From contig JAPLJZ010000079.1 of the NCBI GenBank assembly GCA_026388335.1, positions 2,586 to 66,585 on the forward strand: 64,000 nucleotides of DNA, in the 5' to 3' direction. The notes under the pieces are model-generated. The model did no database searches and was not told the origin of the DNA. It saw only the letters and a list, made by a program, of their open reading frames with translations. Each line of letters opens with the position of its first letter. Position 1 is the stretch's first letter. The stretch is from Deltaproteobacteria bacterium. Lineage in GTDB: Bacteria; Desulfobacterota; Syntrophia; Syntrophales; UBA8958. Below, in pieces: positions 45,193-55,643 of the stretch. The position numbers and the translations under genes were made by a program.

Positions 45193-48081
45193 ATGCACAA
45201 GCAATCAGATATGGAACCGGTATCGAGACAGGAACTGGCTTCTTTGAGACAAAGAGTTACAGAACTTGAGCGGCTGGAATCGGTATGCCGGATCGCTGAG
45301 GAGAGATTGCGTACAATTAATGAATGTCTGCTCAACCTTGGGAATGATGCTGGTGATAATATCATGCGTTTGACTGCTCTTACCGGCGAGTTGATGGGCG
45401 CCACAGCCTCAATATACAACCGCCTGGAAGGGGATATGCTCGTAGCTGTCGGCCAGTGGCAAACGCCCGCAGACTTTAAAAGAAAGGACCGGGCGCAGGG
45501 GCACCTTTGTTATGATGTCATTCGCAAAAATGATGAAAGGATTGTCCATATCCGCAACCTGTCCTCAAGCCAATACGCCCAAACCGATCCCAACATTCAC
45601 GCTTATGGTCTTGCTACCTATGTCGGACATGTGGTGCGATGGGGATCAGAGCCGGTCGGCTCTTTATGCATCGTTTTTCAGCATGATTTTACACCTAGCA
45701 CTGATGAAGAGCGTTTGCTTGGCATTATGGCCGCTTCGATAGGTTCTGAAGAAAGACGTTGGCGAAATGAAAATGCCTTACAGGAGAGCGAGGAACGCTT
45801 CCGCTGTCTGCTCCAAAACATTCCGTCTATGGCGATTCAAGGATATAGACGGGATGGCACAACCACATACTGGAATCAAGCATCCGAGCGGCTCTATGGA
45901 TACACAGCGCAAGAGGCAATCGGACAGCACCTGCTGGACCTCATTATTCCTCCGGAAATGCGGGGCGATGTCAAGCAGGCCATTCAGCAGATGATCGAAA
46001 CCGGCAAACCTATCCCTTCTGCAGAACTTTCCCTCATGCGAAAAGACGGGTCGCGGGTTGCCGTATTTTCGAATCACGTGCTCATGAATTTGCCGGGATC
46101 TCCCCTCGAATTGTTCTGCATTGATATTGACCTCACCGAACGCAAGCAGGCGGAGGAGACACTGAAGGCAAGTGAGGCGAAGTACCGATTTCTTACCGAG
46201 AAGATGAATGATGTCATATGGACCATGGATATGAATTTCAATATGGTCTATGTCAGCCCCTCAGTTGAGAAAACGCTTGGATTTAGCCCGGAAGAACATC
46301 TATGTCGGGACATCAATGAACAGGTGACCCCTGCATCAATGTCCATCGTTCAGGATGTCATAGCCAGAGAACTTGCCCTTGAACAGGAGGGTCAGTCAGA
46401 TCCTGAAAGGAAAATTATTGTTGAGGCTGAATACTATCATAAGGATGGCAGTGCCCGTTGGCTTGAAAATGTCATAAACGGGATTCGAAATGATCAGGGG
46501 ATTCTTACCGGGATTTATGGCGCAGCCCGTGACATCACCGAGCGCAAAAGGCTTGAGCAGGAGCTGCGGAATAGCGAGCAACGTATGGGGCTTGTCCTGG
46601 AAGGCACGGATCAGGGGTTATGGGATGTCGATTTGTTAGCCAATAAAATCAACTACGGCGCTAATTGGCATAAAATCCTGGGCTACGGACCCGAAGAAAG
46701 TCGCTTTGATTATGAATGGTGGATAAATCAAATGCATCCCGAAAGCAGGCCTGTCTTTGAAAAAGCGCTTTTGGACTATATGTCAGGTCATACGAAATAT
46801 CTTGATTGGGAGTATCAGATCAGGGCTAAATCAGGAGAATGGCAATGGGTCCACGCCCTGGGGATATTTACTGAAACCGACAAGACAGGCTTTCCAGTAA
46901 AGATGACCAGTATACATCGGAATATCACCGTGCGCAAACAAATGGAGGAGGAATTTCTCCGGGCTCACAAGCTGGAGTCGCTGGGCGTTTTGGCCGGGGG
47001 TATTGCCCATGATTTTAACAATCTGATGGCGATTGTGCTGGGATATATTGATCTGGCCCTCATAGATCTACCCCCTGGTCATGTTTCCCGCCAACGGCTC
47101 CTAAACGCCATTCGCAGTGTTGACCAGACAAAGGATCTGACCAGCCGGCTAATCACCTTTTCCCGGGGTGGGGGTCCCCTCATGGAAATATTTGATACTG
47201 TAGAGGTCATCCGGGATGCCGTCCACAGGAACGTAAAGAGGACAAAAGTCAGGGCGACGTTCGACTTCATGGAAAACCTCTGGCCTGTTGAGGTAGATGA
47301 CCTCCAGATGAAACAGGTATTTTACAATCTGACAACGAACGCCGTGGAGGCCATGCCGGAAGGAGGACATCTGACGGTGCAGGCGGAGAACGAGCTGGTA
47401 ACTGCCGGAGAAGTTCTTGACCTGAAGGAGGGGCCGTATCTCAAAATCACTTTTGCTGATGAGGGAATCGGCATCCATGAGGAACATCTGGCGAAGATAT
47501 TTGATCCCTATTTCACGACGAAAAAGATGGCATCCCAGAAGGGGCTGGGATTGGGGCTGGCGGTCTGCTATTCTGTTTTGAAGAATCATGACGGCCATAT
47601 CACTGTAAAATCGCAGCCGGGAGAAGGCGCATCCTTTGTACTTTACCTCCCGGCGCGGGCGGACATGTCGAAAGATAAAGAGGTTAAGAAGGTATTATCG
47701 ACTGGCACGATCCGGGTGCTGATCATGGACGATGAGCCTCCCATTCGTGAAATCGAGCGGGCCTATCTGGAGCGAATGGGTTATGAGGTAACGGATGTGA
47801 AGGATGGACAGGAGGCAATTGATACTTACAAAAATGCTCTCCAGTCCGGGACACCCTTTGATCTGGTAATGCTTGATCTGACGGTGCGCCAGGGAATGGG
47901 AGGACAGATGGCCATGGAGCGGCTGTTGAAGATCGATCCATCTATCAAGGCCATCATTGCTTCGGGATATGTGGATGATCCTGTCATTGAGCACTTTAGC
48001 GATTACGGCTTTCAAGGCGCTCTGACGAAACCGTTCAAGGGAGAAGAAATGAAAAGTTTAGTGGAAGAGATACTTCATTGA
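45193..48081 (+). CDS. Hybrid sensor histidine kinase (coiled coil, GAF, three PAS, HisKA, HATPase, REC)
   Basis: 962 aa. It has repeated PAS signatures (ESEERFRCLLQNIPSMAI; SEAKYRFLTEKMNDVIW; NSEQRMGLVLEGTDQGLW), the H-box [11 protein letters not shown], the G-box GLGLGLAVCYSVLKNHDG and REC (VLIMDDE...VMLDLTV). Confidence 0.9.
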   Translation: MHKQSDMEPVSRQELASLRQRVTELERLESVCRIAEERLRTINECLLNLGNDAGDNIMRLTALTGELMGATASIYNRLEGDMLVAVGQWQTPADFKRKDRAQGHLCYDVIRKNDERIVHIRNLSSSQYAQTDPNIHAYGLATYVGHVVRWGSEPVGSLCIVFQHDFTPSTDEERLLGIMAASIGSEERRWRNENALQESEERFRCLLQNIPSMAIQGYRRDGTTTYWNQASERLYGYTAQEAIGQHLLDLIIPPEMRGDVKQAIQQMIETGKPIPSAELSLMRKDGSRVAVFSNHVLMNLPGSPLELFCIDIDLTERKQAEETLKASEAKYRFLTEKMNDVIWTMDMNFNMVYVSPSVEKTLGFSPEEHLCRDINEQVTPASMSIVQDVIARELALEQEGQSDPERKIIVEAEYYHKDGSARWLENVINGIRNDQGILTGIYGAARDITERKRLEQELRNSEQRMGLVLEGTDQGLWDVDLLANKINYGANWHKILGYGPEESRFDYEWWINQMHPESRPVFEKALLDYMSGHTKYLDWEYQIRAKSGEWQWVHALGIFTETDKTGFPVKMTSIHRNITVRKQMEEEFLRAHKLESLGVLAGGIAHDFNNLMAIVLGYIDLALIDLPPGHVSRQRLLNAIRSVDQTKDLTSRLITFSRGGGPLMEIFDTVEVIRDAVHRNVKRTKVRATFDFMENLWPVEVDDLQMKQVFYNLTTNAVEAMPEGGHLTVQAENELVTAGEVLDLKEGPYLKITFADEGIGIHEEHLAKIFDPYFTTKKMASQKGLGLGLAVCYSVLKNHDGHITVKSQPGEGASFVLYLPARADMSKDKEVKKVLSTGTIRVLIMDDEPPIREIERAYLERMGYEVTDVKDGQEAIDTYKNALQSGTPFDLVMLDLTVRQGMGGQMAMERLLKIDPSIKAIIASGYVDDPVIEHFSDYGFQGALTKPFKGEEMKSLVEEILH

Positions 48082-50132
48082 TATCAAAGAGCGAGGAAAA
48101 GGGTAATTCATACCGCATGAACGATGAAACAAAGACAAAGCAGGAACTGATCGGGGAGCTGGCGGCGCTGAGACAAAGGATTGCCGCCCTGGAACGCTTG
48201 GAATTGCCGGGAATAAAACCTGACGATACGGAAGAGCAGTACCGGTCATTGTTTGAAATCTCAACGAGCGCCATCTTGATATTCGATCCCGACAGCGTCA
48301 TTACCATGCTCAATGGTGCGGCCTTGCGCCTCTTGGGGGCGTCCGGTTCCGATGAAGTCCGGGGGCGGCGCTATCTTGATTTTGTCCATCCCGAAGACCG
48401 GCCCCTGTCAGCGGAGCGAATAGAGAATATCTTTCAAGCGGTTATAACCCCCGATCCATCCGGCGGCAGTCACGCCGCGATCCTCCCCCGGGAGCATCGG
48501 CTGATAAATCTGCGGGGAGAGGTCATCTATGTAGAATCTACGGGGGTAGGTTTCCGCCATCAGGGAGAGATTCTCATTCAGGCAATTTATCGCGATATCA
48601 CAACTCAAAAACAGGCAGAATTCTCCCTCCGGGAGAGTGAGAGCCGCTTTCGCATGCTCATCGAAAACGCACCCTTCGGCGTGAGCATCATCACCCTGGC
48701 GGGAAAGATCCTTTACCTCAACCACCGCGCCACCCAATTGTTGGAATGCCCGCTGGAGGATGTGATTGACCGGGAACTCGTCCACAAGTTCTGGGTAAAC
48801 CCGGAGCAACGAGCGGCGTGGCGGGAAGAAGTGTTGAAAAGAGGGATTGTAGCGGATTACGAGGTCCAGTTACAGACAGTGGCCACGCACAAACATCTCT
48901 GGATTCTCCTGTCGGGTATGATTACCGAGTACCGGGGCCAGCGGGTCATCCTGGCAACGCATCATGATATTACTGATCGCAAGCGCCTGGAATCACAGTT
49001 TCTTCAGGCCCAGAAAATGGAGGCCATCGGGACTTTAGCGGCAGGAATTGCCCACGATTTCAACAATCTTCTCATGGGGATGCAAGGATATACTTCGCTA
49101 ATGTTGATGGATCTCGATCCCTCTCATCTCCATCACGACCGACTGAAGCACATCGAAGATCAGATCCGGAGCGGCGCGGAGCTGACGAAACAGCTTTTAG
49201 GTTTTGCCCAAGGAGGAAGGTATGATGTCAAGTCAATCGACATGAACACCCTCCTTAGCAAAAGCTCCTCCATCTTCAGCAGGACAAAGAAGGAGCTTAC
49301 CGTTTGCAGCAAGCTCGCGGAGGATCTCTGGACGATCGAGGCCGATGCGGGGCAGATGGAACAGATACTGATGAATCTCTATGTCAACGCCTGGCAGGCC
49401 ATGCCCGAAGGCGGCGAACTCTTGATTGAAACCAGGAATGTACATCTCTCGGGAGCGGCTATACCGGACCCCACCCTTCCCCCGGGAAGATACATCCTGG
49501 TCAACGTCGCCGATACGGGGATGGGGATGAACGAAAACACCAAGCAGCGGATCTTCGACCCCTTCTTCACGACGAAGGGCATGGGCAGGGGGACCGGCCT
49601 GGGGCTGGCCACGGTCTATGGCATTGTTAAGGGGCATGGGGGGACGATCCAGGTGGCAAGCGAGCCCGGCAGGGGGACGGCCTTTTCCATCTATCTACCG
49701 GCGTCGGAAAAGGCCGTGGTCAAGGAAACACCGCTTTCTCAGGACGCTGTGCAAGGACATGAGACCATCCTGCTGGTTGATGACGAGTCGATGGTAATCC
49801 AGATTACTAAAGAACTCATCGAAGCCCTCGGCTACCAGGTCTATCTTGCGGCAAGCGGTCAGGAGGCCCTGGCGGTATTTATGGAAAAACGCCAAGAGAT
49901 CGATCTCGTCATTCTGGACATGATCATGCCGGGGATCTCCGGAGGCGAGACATTTGACCGGCTGCGAAAGATCGAGCCCGCCGTCCGGGTCCTGCTCTCC
50001 AGCGGGTACAGCATTACGGGCCAGGCCCAGGAAATCCTCAACCGCGGCTGTAACGGCTTCCTCCAAAAACCATTTAAACTGGAAAATCTTTCCGGTAAGG
50101 TGCGGGAAATCCTGGACGCCCCAATGACCTGA
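48078..50132 (+). CDS. Hybrid sensor histidine kinase (coiled coil, two PAS, HisKA, HATPase, REC)
   Basis: 684 aa with the H-box [14 protein letters not shown], the G-box [18 protein letters not shown] and REC (ILLVDDE...VILDMIMP). The TTG start overlaps the upstream stop; an alternative ATG is at 48117. Confidence 0.9.
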   Translation: MISKSEEKGNSYRMNDETKTKQELIGELAALRQRIAALERLELPGIKPDDTEEQYRSLFEISTSAILIFDPDSVITMLNGAALRLLGASGSDEVRGRRYLDFVHPEDRPLSAERIENIFQAVITPDPSGGSHAAILPREHRLINLRGEVIYVESTGVGFRHQGEILIQAIYRDITTQKQAEFSLRESESRFRMLIENAPFGVSIITLAGKILYLNHRATQLLECPLEDVIDRELVHKFWVNPEQRAAWREEVLKRGIVADYEVQLQTVATHKHLWILLSGMITEYRGQRVILATHHDITDRKRLESQFLQAQKMEAIGTLAAGIAHDFNNLLMGMQGYTSLMLMDLDPSHLHHDRLKHIEDQIRSGAELTKQLLGFAQGGRYDVKSIDMNTLLSKSSSIFSRTKKELTVCSKLAEDLWTIEADAGQMEQILMNLYVNAWQAMPEGGELLIETRNVHLSGAAIPDPTLPPGRYILVNVADTGMGMNENTKQRIFDPFFTTKGMGRGTGLGLATVYGIVKGHGGTIQVASEPGRGTAFSIYLPASEKAVVKETPLSQDAVQGHETILLVDDESMVIQITKELIEALGYQVYLAASGQEALAVFMEKRQEIDLVILDMIMPGISGGETFDRLRKIEPAVRVLLSSGYSITGQAQEILNRGCNGFLQKPFKLENLSGKVREILDAPMT

Positions 50133-50385
50133 AAATATCGGCGTGCCGATATGGAACATAATTCATCATTGCGCCGGGAAATGAATCTCCAAAATCCCTT
50201 TTACAGCTTTATAATAAAATGTGGCACAATATTTGTTTGAAATATACGAATAAATTCCTTGATTTTTTTCATGCAATCGGAATATTTCATTAGGACTATA
50301 ATATTAAGAAGGATAAAAGATTCATGTCCTCACAGTTCCTTTATTTTATTTAACATTTACTGGAAGTAGCGTTGGAGACAAAGGC

Positions 50386-50781
50386 ATGGGAAAAAGAATT
50401 CTGGTCGTAGACGACGAACCGTCAATGCTTGATTTCATGGAGACGGTACTTGAGGATGCCGGATATGAGGTATTGTTAGCCGACGGCGCGGACAGGGCGC
50501 TGGACATTTTTTCCCGTCAGGAGGTATCCCTCGTCTTTCTCGACCTACGGCTATTTGGGGTGAACGGCATGGAGCTGTGCCGTCAAATGCGTCAAAAGAA
50601 ACCTCTCACCATCCTGTATGCCATGACGGGCTGGTCCGGCTTATTCGATATCGAAGAATGCCGGGAAGCGGGCTTCGATGATTATTTTGCAAAACCCTTA
50701 AGAATCGAAGCGATCCTGAAGGCTGTCGAAGCGGCCTTCGAGAAAAGGGACCGCTGGCTGATGAAATTTAAACAAATCTGA
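50386..50781 (+). CDS. Stand-alone REC response regulator
   Basis: 131 aa with ILVVDDE, VFLDLRL and AKPL. Confidence 0.85.
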   Translation: MGKRILVVDDEPSMLDFMETVLEDAGYEVLLADGADRALDIFSRQEVSLVFLDLRLFGVNGMELCRQMRQKKPLTILYAMTGWSGLFDIEECREAGFDDYFAKPLRIEAILKAVEAAFEKRDRWLMKFKQI

Positions 50782-50798
50782 CAGGATAGACGAAAACA

Positions 50799-51650
50799 AT
50801 GGATGTAGAATATATCAATCCTTTTTTGAATGGAACGTTAGAAGTTCTAAAAACAATGGCCTCTTTTCAACCAGTTCCGGGGAAACCCTATGTAAAGAAA
50901 GACGATCTTGCCCACGGCGACGTATCGGGAATTATCGGCATCACCGGCGACGCTATCGGTTCGCTGGCGATCAGTTTCAGTGAAAGTTGCATCTGCAATG
51001 TTGTGGGGCGGATGCTAGGTGAAACTTATACTACCATAAATCACGATGTTCTGGACGCCGTCGGCGAGCTTACCAACATGATCTCCGGCGTCTCCCGCAC
51101 CCAACTGGAAAAAAAGGGCATGACCGTCTTTGCCGCTATTCCTTCGGTGGTCTTCGGGTCGAACCATACGATCACCCATATCTTGAAAAGCCCGAGCATC
51201 GTCATTCCCTTTACCTCACCAAGCGGTCCTTTCTTTGTGGATGTCTGCATCCGAACCGCAAATGAACCGGAAAAAAAATCCTCCTCATACGGGGTCGTCA
51301 ACAAACCTACCCTTGCCGGGGAAAATACTCCTCCTCCCGCTCCCGCCGTTGCCAATTCTGACAATCAGGAACCCCTAGACAGGCTGGAACTCTTGAAAAA
51401 GAAGCTTTCCGAACTACTTAAAGCCCGGACCTCCATGCAGAATGAGTTAGCGGAAAAACCCTTCATGGAAATGGCCCGGCGAAAACTATTCAAGAAAAAC
51501 ATCCCCCTTCTTGACGTCAGGATCAAACGCCTCAAGCTCGATATCACCACTACGGAAATGTTGCAGAAAATGACGAAAGATGAGTTGGAAAATCCAAAGA
51601 TTGTCGCGCACTATCAACATTATGACCCCAAAGAGACGAGGAATAAATGA
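50799..51650 (+). CDS. CheX-domain protein with a roughly 130-aa Pro-rich/coiled-coil C-terminal extension
   Basis: The N-terminal 150 aa are a paralogue of CheX at 28736..29203 (YINPFLNGTLEVLKTM...AVGELTNMISG...PFFVDVCI). The remainder is PPPAPAV followed by a coiled coil. Confidence 0.75.
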   Translation: MDVEYINPFLNGTLEVLKTMASFQPVPGKPYVKKDDLAHGDVSGIIGITGDAIGSLAISFSESCICNVVGRMLGETYTTINHDVLDAVGELTNMISGVSRTQLEKKGMTVFAAIPSVVFGSNHTITHILKSPSIVIPFTSPSGPFFVDVCIRTANEPEKKSSSYGVVNKPTLAGENTPPPAPAVANSDNQEPLDRLELLKKKLSELLKARTSMQNELAEKPFMEMARRKLFKKNIPLLDVRIKRLKLDITTTEMLQKMTKDELENPKIVAHYQHYDPKETRNK

Positions 51651-51994
51651 AGACGGCATGGTGGCAAATATCTGTGGGAATGTTTTTGGGGACGCTTTTG
51701 GGAATGCTTTCCTTTACCAATGTTCTTGCCCTCACCCCTGATCAGGTCCTGGCCCTGAGAAAGGCCGGGGTCAGCGACCGGACCATTCAATTGATGATTG
51801 AACAGGAACGGGAGGCGAAACAGAACCCCTACGACACCATGGGAACGAAAGAAATTACGGACAGCGACGGAAATCGGTCTGTAATTTACTCAACCGGCAA
51901 ATCCGACCGAACCTGGGAAGCATCTGAAAAGGAGAAGGTAGACAAGGCCTGGCAAATGCTCCAGAGTACCATCATTGACGGCAGACAGAAGTAA
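51647..51994 (+). CDS. Hypothetical small exported/membrane-anchored protein
   Basis: 115 aa with an N-terminal hydrophobic segment. Its start overlaps the upstream stop (ATGA). I recognise no motif. Confidence 0.5.
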   Translation: MKTAWWQISVGMFLGTLLGMLSFTNVLALTPDQVLALRKAGVSDRTIQLMIEQEREAKQNPYDTMGTKEITDSDGNRSVIYSTGKSDRTWEASEKEKVDKAWQMLQSTIIDGRQK

Positions 51995-52021
51995 ACGAAA
52001 AGCGATGCAGAAACTGGCATC

Positions 52022-52891
52022 ATGAGCGATCAAGCGCAGAGCCGCCATCAGATAGAGTCCTTTATCAATCGGATGCCGAGTCTGCCAACAACGGTTGCCA
52101 AGGTAATCGAGGTCTGTAACCAGCCCCAGACCTCCCCCAACGACCTCAACCGCCTGATCTCTCTGGACCCTGTCTTGACGGGAAAGGTACTCAAGCTCAT
52201 CAACTCGGCCTTCTTTACCCTCAGGGAACCGGTCACCTCCGTAACCAGGGCGATTATCATGCTGGGCCTCAATACTGTCAAAAATATGGCATTAAGCACG
52301 TCTATTGTCGGTATCTTCGGGGGAGACAGTAAGGAGGGGTGTTTTTCCATGAACGATTTCTGGGTTCATTCCCTGGCCGCCGGCGTCACGGCCAGGATGC
52401 TTGCTGCCAGTAAAGGTCTTCCTGCCGATACACGGGAAGAATACTTTGTCGGCGGCCTTCTTCACGATATCGGCAAGATTCCTATGATGCACTGCTTTCC
52501 GGAAGACTACCGTCATATCCTGAGGGAATCACAACAGCTTCGTCAACCGTTATACAGCGCGGAGAAAGAAACCCTCGGTTTCGATCACTGCCATGTCGGG
52601 CAAATTATCGCGGAGAAGTGGCGACTTTCCGTCAACCTCTCCTCCGCCCTCACATCACACCATCAAGGGGAGTTGCACTTCCTTGCCAGATTCAGCGATG
52701 TTATTGCTGCGGCAAATATCTGCGCAAAAAGTTTTTCCCTGGGCTCGGCGGGAGATGGTTTCGTTGAGGACCCGACGCCTCTTGTACTGAAGGAGACCGG
52801 ACCGGGCTGTCATGATTTATCCCAGTTCCAGTCGGATGTTGCCGAAGAACTTGAAAAAGCGAAGATTTTCCTCGACGTTTCGGGGGCATGA
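52022..52891 (+). CDS. HDOD-domain signalling protein
   Basis: 289 aa with the HDOD pattern (MPSLPTTVAKVIEVCNQPQTSPNDLNRLISLDPVLTGKVLKLINSAFF; LLHDIGKIPM). Confidence 0.85.
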   Translation: MSDQAQSRHQIESFINRMPSLPTTVAKVIEVCNQPQTSPNDLNRLISLDPVLTGKVLKLINSAFFTLREPVTSVTRAIIMLGLNTVKNMALSTSIVGIFGGDSKEGCFSMNDFWVHSLAAGVTARMLAASKGLPADTREEYFVGGLLHDIGKIPMMHCFPEDYRHILRESQQLRQPLYSAEKETLGFDHCHVGQIIAEKWRLSVNLSSALTSHHQGELHFLARFSDVIAAANICAKSFSLGSAGDGFVEDPTPLVLKETGPGCHDLSQFQSDVAEELEKAKIFLDVSGA

Positions 52892-52897
52892 AATACC

Positions 52898-53824
52898 ATG
52901 AAAATAACTTTTTGGGGAGTCAGAGGTTCCATTCCCTGCCCCGGCAGAAACACCTACCGGTATGGCGGCAATACAGCCTGCGTCGAGCTGTCTTTTAAAA
53001 ATATGAACAGATCCCTCATCATCGACGCCGGTTCGGGAATACGGGAACTCGGAAACCTCATAATGGCCCGCGATTTTCCAAAGGGACCATTAAATATAGA
53101 AATCTTTCTGACTCATACCCATTGGGACCATATCCTCGGGTTGCCTTTCTTTGCACCCCTGTATGTTCCCGGCGCCAAGGTGAAGATTTACGGTCCGGCC
53201 TCCTTCGAGGGAAATTCCTTGCAGGAAATCGTCGGCAGTCAGTTCAGCTACCATTATTTCCCCATCCGCCATGCCGAACTGGCAGCCCAAATAGATTATG
53301 TGGAATTGAAAGAGGGGTTTTGTGACCTTCACGACGGCATCATTCTAAAAACAAAGTTTCTAAACCATCCCGTAATGTGCCTTGGTTATCGTTTTGAATG
53401 CAGAGGGATGGTTTTCTGTACCCTCTACGATACGGAACCTTTCCGGAACGTATTTATTGACGATCCGGCAAACCCTGCGTATAATGAAGACATGCACCGC
53501 GAGGGAGAGCTCATTGCCTCTGAGGAAAATCGGCGCGTCGAGGAATTCATTTCCGGGGCCGATACGGTGGTTTATGATGGACAATATACCCTCAAGGAAT
53601 ATGAATCCAGCAAGATCGGCTGGGGACATACCCCCTGCGAATACGCCATTGCCGTCGCCGCACGCGCGGGAGTGAAGCGGCTTTGTCTTTTTCATCACGA
53701 TCCGTTGCGTACGGACGATGAACTTGATCAACTTTCGGAAGTTTTATGCCAGTCCCATATATCCGGAGGTATGGATGTGTCCTTTGCACGGGAAGGCAGA
53801 TCCATAAACCTTTCTTATGATTAA
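52898..53824 (+). CDS. MBL-fold metallo-hydrolase
   Basis: 308 aa with the HxHxDH motif (LTHTHWDHILG). Confidence 0.8.
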   Translation: MKITFWGVRGSIPCPGRNTYRYGGNTACVELSFKNMNRSLIIDAGSGIRELGNLIMARDFPKGPLNIEIFLTHTHWDHILGLPFFAPLYVPGAKVKIYGPASFEGNSLQEIVGSQFSYHYFPIRHAELAAQIDYVELKEGFCDLHDGIILKTKFLNHPVMCLGYRFECRGMVFCTLYDTEPFRNVFIDDPANPAYNEDMHREGELIASEENRRVEEFISGADTVVYDGQYTLKEYESSKIGWGHTPCEYAIAVAARAGVKRLCLFHHDPLRTDDELDQLSEVLCQSHISGGMDVSFAREGRSINLSYD

Positions 53825-54803
53825 AACAATCTCCGCAAAAAAATTAGAAGTGGGAATGTACATCAATCTACCCACGTCGTGGATGTCCCATTCCTTCATC
53901 AAGAACAAGTTTCTTATTACCTCCCGGAGTCAGATTGATAAAATCATTCAGAGCAGCCTAAAAGAAATAAAAATTGATACCTCATTGGGGAAAGATCTCA
54001 TTGATGAGGTCATTGCTGATGAACCATCGCCGAGTGTCCCGGAGACCGTTCAAAAGGTTGTCCCGGAAGGCCTGCGGGAAATGATTCGTGATCCAAAGCT
54101 GGCTTCGGATAAGAAGGCGCAGGCTGTTCAGCATTATTCACAGGACATGATGAAGAACCTTCTGGAATCTCCCACGGCTGAAAATATCGGTGCGGTAATG
54201 ACGACAGTCTCCGAGATTGTCGATCTTATTGTAACCGATGATGATACAAACCATTATCTGTTGAATATCACGTCCCACGATTTTGCCACCTACACCCATT
54301 CGGTAAATGTCGGCATCTTATCAATTTCCCTGGCCAAGGCTCTGTACCGGAAATCCGACAATCACGACATGCATGCCCTGGGATCGGGATTTTTTTTACA
54401 CGATCTTGGAAAGACTCGGATTGATCAGTCGATTATCAACAAGCCGGGAAAACTGACTGAGCAGGAATGGAACGAGATGCGGGGCCACCCTAATCACGGT
54501 TTTGAAATCCTGACTGAAACAGATAAGCTTAACAAAGAAAGTCGCATCATTGTCCTTCAGCACCACGAAAGGAATGACGGTTCCGGCTATCCTCTCGGCA
54601 TCAAGGGCGACGATATTCATCCTTACGGGCGCATCTGCTCCGTCGCCGACGTTTACGACGCCCTGACTTCCATTCGCCCCTATAAGCCGAAAATACCCCC
54701 CTTTGAGGCCCTCCGGATAATGCAGAAGGAAATGCTCCACCATTTCCATCGGGATGTCTTTGAACGATTCGTGCTGCTCCTCGCTGCGGCCGAAAAAACC
54801 TAA
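53817..54803 (+). CDS. HD-GYP domain protein (putative c-di-GMP phosphodiesterase)
   Basis: 328 aa with HSVNVG, FLHDLGKTRI and HHERNDGSGYPLG. Confidence 0.85.
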   Translation: MIKTISAKKLEVGMYINLPTSWMSHSFIKNKFLITSRSQIDKIIQSSLKEIKIDTSLGKDLIDEVIADEPSPSVPETVQKVVPEGLREMIRDPKLASDKKAQAVQHYSQDMMKNLLESPTAENIGAVMTTVSEIVDLIVTDDDTNHYLLNITSHDFATYTHSVNVGILSISLAKALYRKSDNHDMHALGSGFFLHDLGKTRIDQSIINKPGKLTEQEWNEMRGHPNHGFEILTETDKLNKESRIIVLQHHERNDGSGYPLGIKGDDIHPYGRICSVADVYDALTSIRPYKPKIPPFEALRIMQKEMLHHFHRDVFERFVLLLAAAEKT

Positions 54804-54816
54804 GAAAAAAGCAAGC

Positions 54817-55608
54817 CTATCTCCCCTTGAAGTTCGCCTGGCGGCGCTCGATGAGGGACATAACCCCTTCGGCGGCGTCTTCCGATTGCATCACTTTCAG
54901 GAGTTTCGGCATGATCTCCCGGACGCCGGCGGTGAAACCATCGTATGCCGCCGTCTTGGCCAAGGAAAGAGTCGCCTGGACGGCGAGGGGCGCCTGGGCG
55001 GCAATCTTTTCCGCGATTTTCAATGCCTGCTCAAGTTGCTTCCCCGGTTCCGTGATTTCCTGGACGAGGCCAAAGCGGTAAGCGTCTTCGACGTTGAACT
55101 CGTCTCCCGTCAGGAGATAACGCATGGCGTTTCCCCAGCCCGCCGTCTTGGCCATGCGGATCGTTGCTCCGCCGAACGGGAAGATGCCGCGCTTCACTTC
55201 CAACTGGGCAAAGCGTGTATCCGATGCGGCAACCACGATATCGGCAGCAAGGGAAAGTTCCGCTCCCAGTGTATAGCACCGACCCTGCACGGCCATGATC
55301 AGCGGCTTGGAAAGCATCCGGCCATGAACGGCAAAGGGATCGATCTCCCCTTCCTTAATGAAGGGTTCCCCTTTGGCGACATGGGGCGCCACATCCCCCA
55401 GGTCCAGACCGGCGGTAAAATGATTGCCTGCTGCGAAAACAACGGCACAGCGCAAATTTGCATCCTGATCATACTCGCCAAATGCTTTGGACAGATCGAG
55501 AAGCATATCCCAGGTAAAGGCGTTCATCTTGGAAGATCTGTGAACACCGATCAAAAATACGTGGCCACGTATTTCACGGCTGATGGTTCCTTCTTTGATT
55601 TCAGTCAT
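54817..55608 (-). CDS. Enoyl-CoA hydratase/isomerase (crotonase) family protein
   Basis: I chose the start at 55608 (MTEIKEGTISREIRGHVFLIG). It shows the crotonase pattern (FTAGLDL..., MAVQGRCYTLGAELSLAADIVVA). The longer track ORF upstream merely translates the tRNA fragment. Confidence 0.85.
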   Translation of the reverse strand: MTEIKEGTISREIRGHVFLIGVHRSSKMNAFTWDMLLDLSKAFGEYDQDANLRCAVVFAAGNHFTAGLDLGDVAPHVAKGEPFIKEGEIDPFAVHGRMLSKPLIMAVQGRCYTLGAELSLAADIVVAASDTRFAQLEVKRGIFPFGGATIRMAKTAGWGNAMRYLLTGDEFNVEDAYRFGLVQEITEPGKQLEQALKIAEKIAAQAPLAVQATLSLAKTAAYDGFTAGVREIMPKLLKVMQSEDAAEGVMSLIERRQANFKGR

Positions 55609-55643
55609 GTTTTGTGCTCCCTCTTTTTGGTTATAACAAAAAA

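Noticed and set aside
50136-50153. Palindrome atatcggcgtgccgatat after the second hybrid kinase
   Set aside because: The stem is only about 7 bp once a loop is allowed, and there is no U-tract. This is not a convincing terminator.
50221-50236. TGGCACAATATTTGTT upstream of the stand-alone REC gene
   Set aside because: It is a good -24 match, but the -12 GC is replaced by GT and the site is about 150 nt from the start codon. That is too weak to call a sigma-54 promoter.
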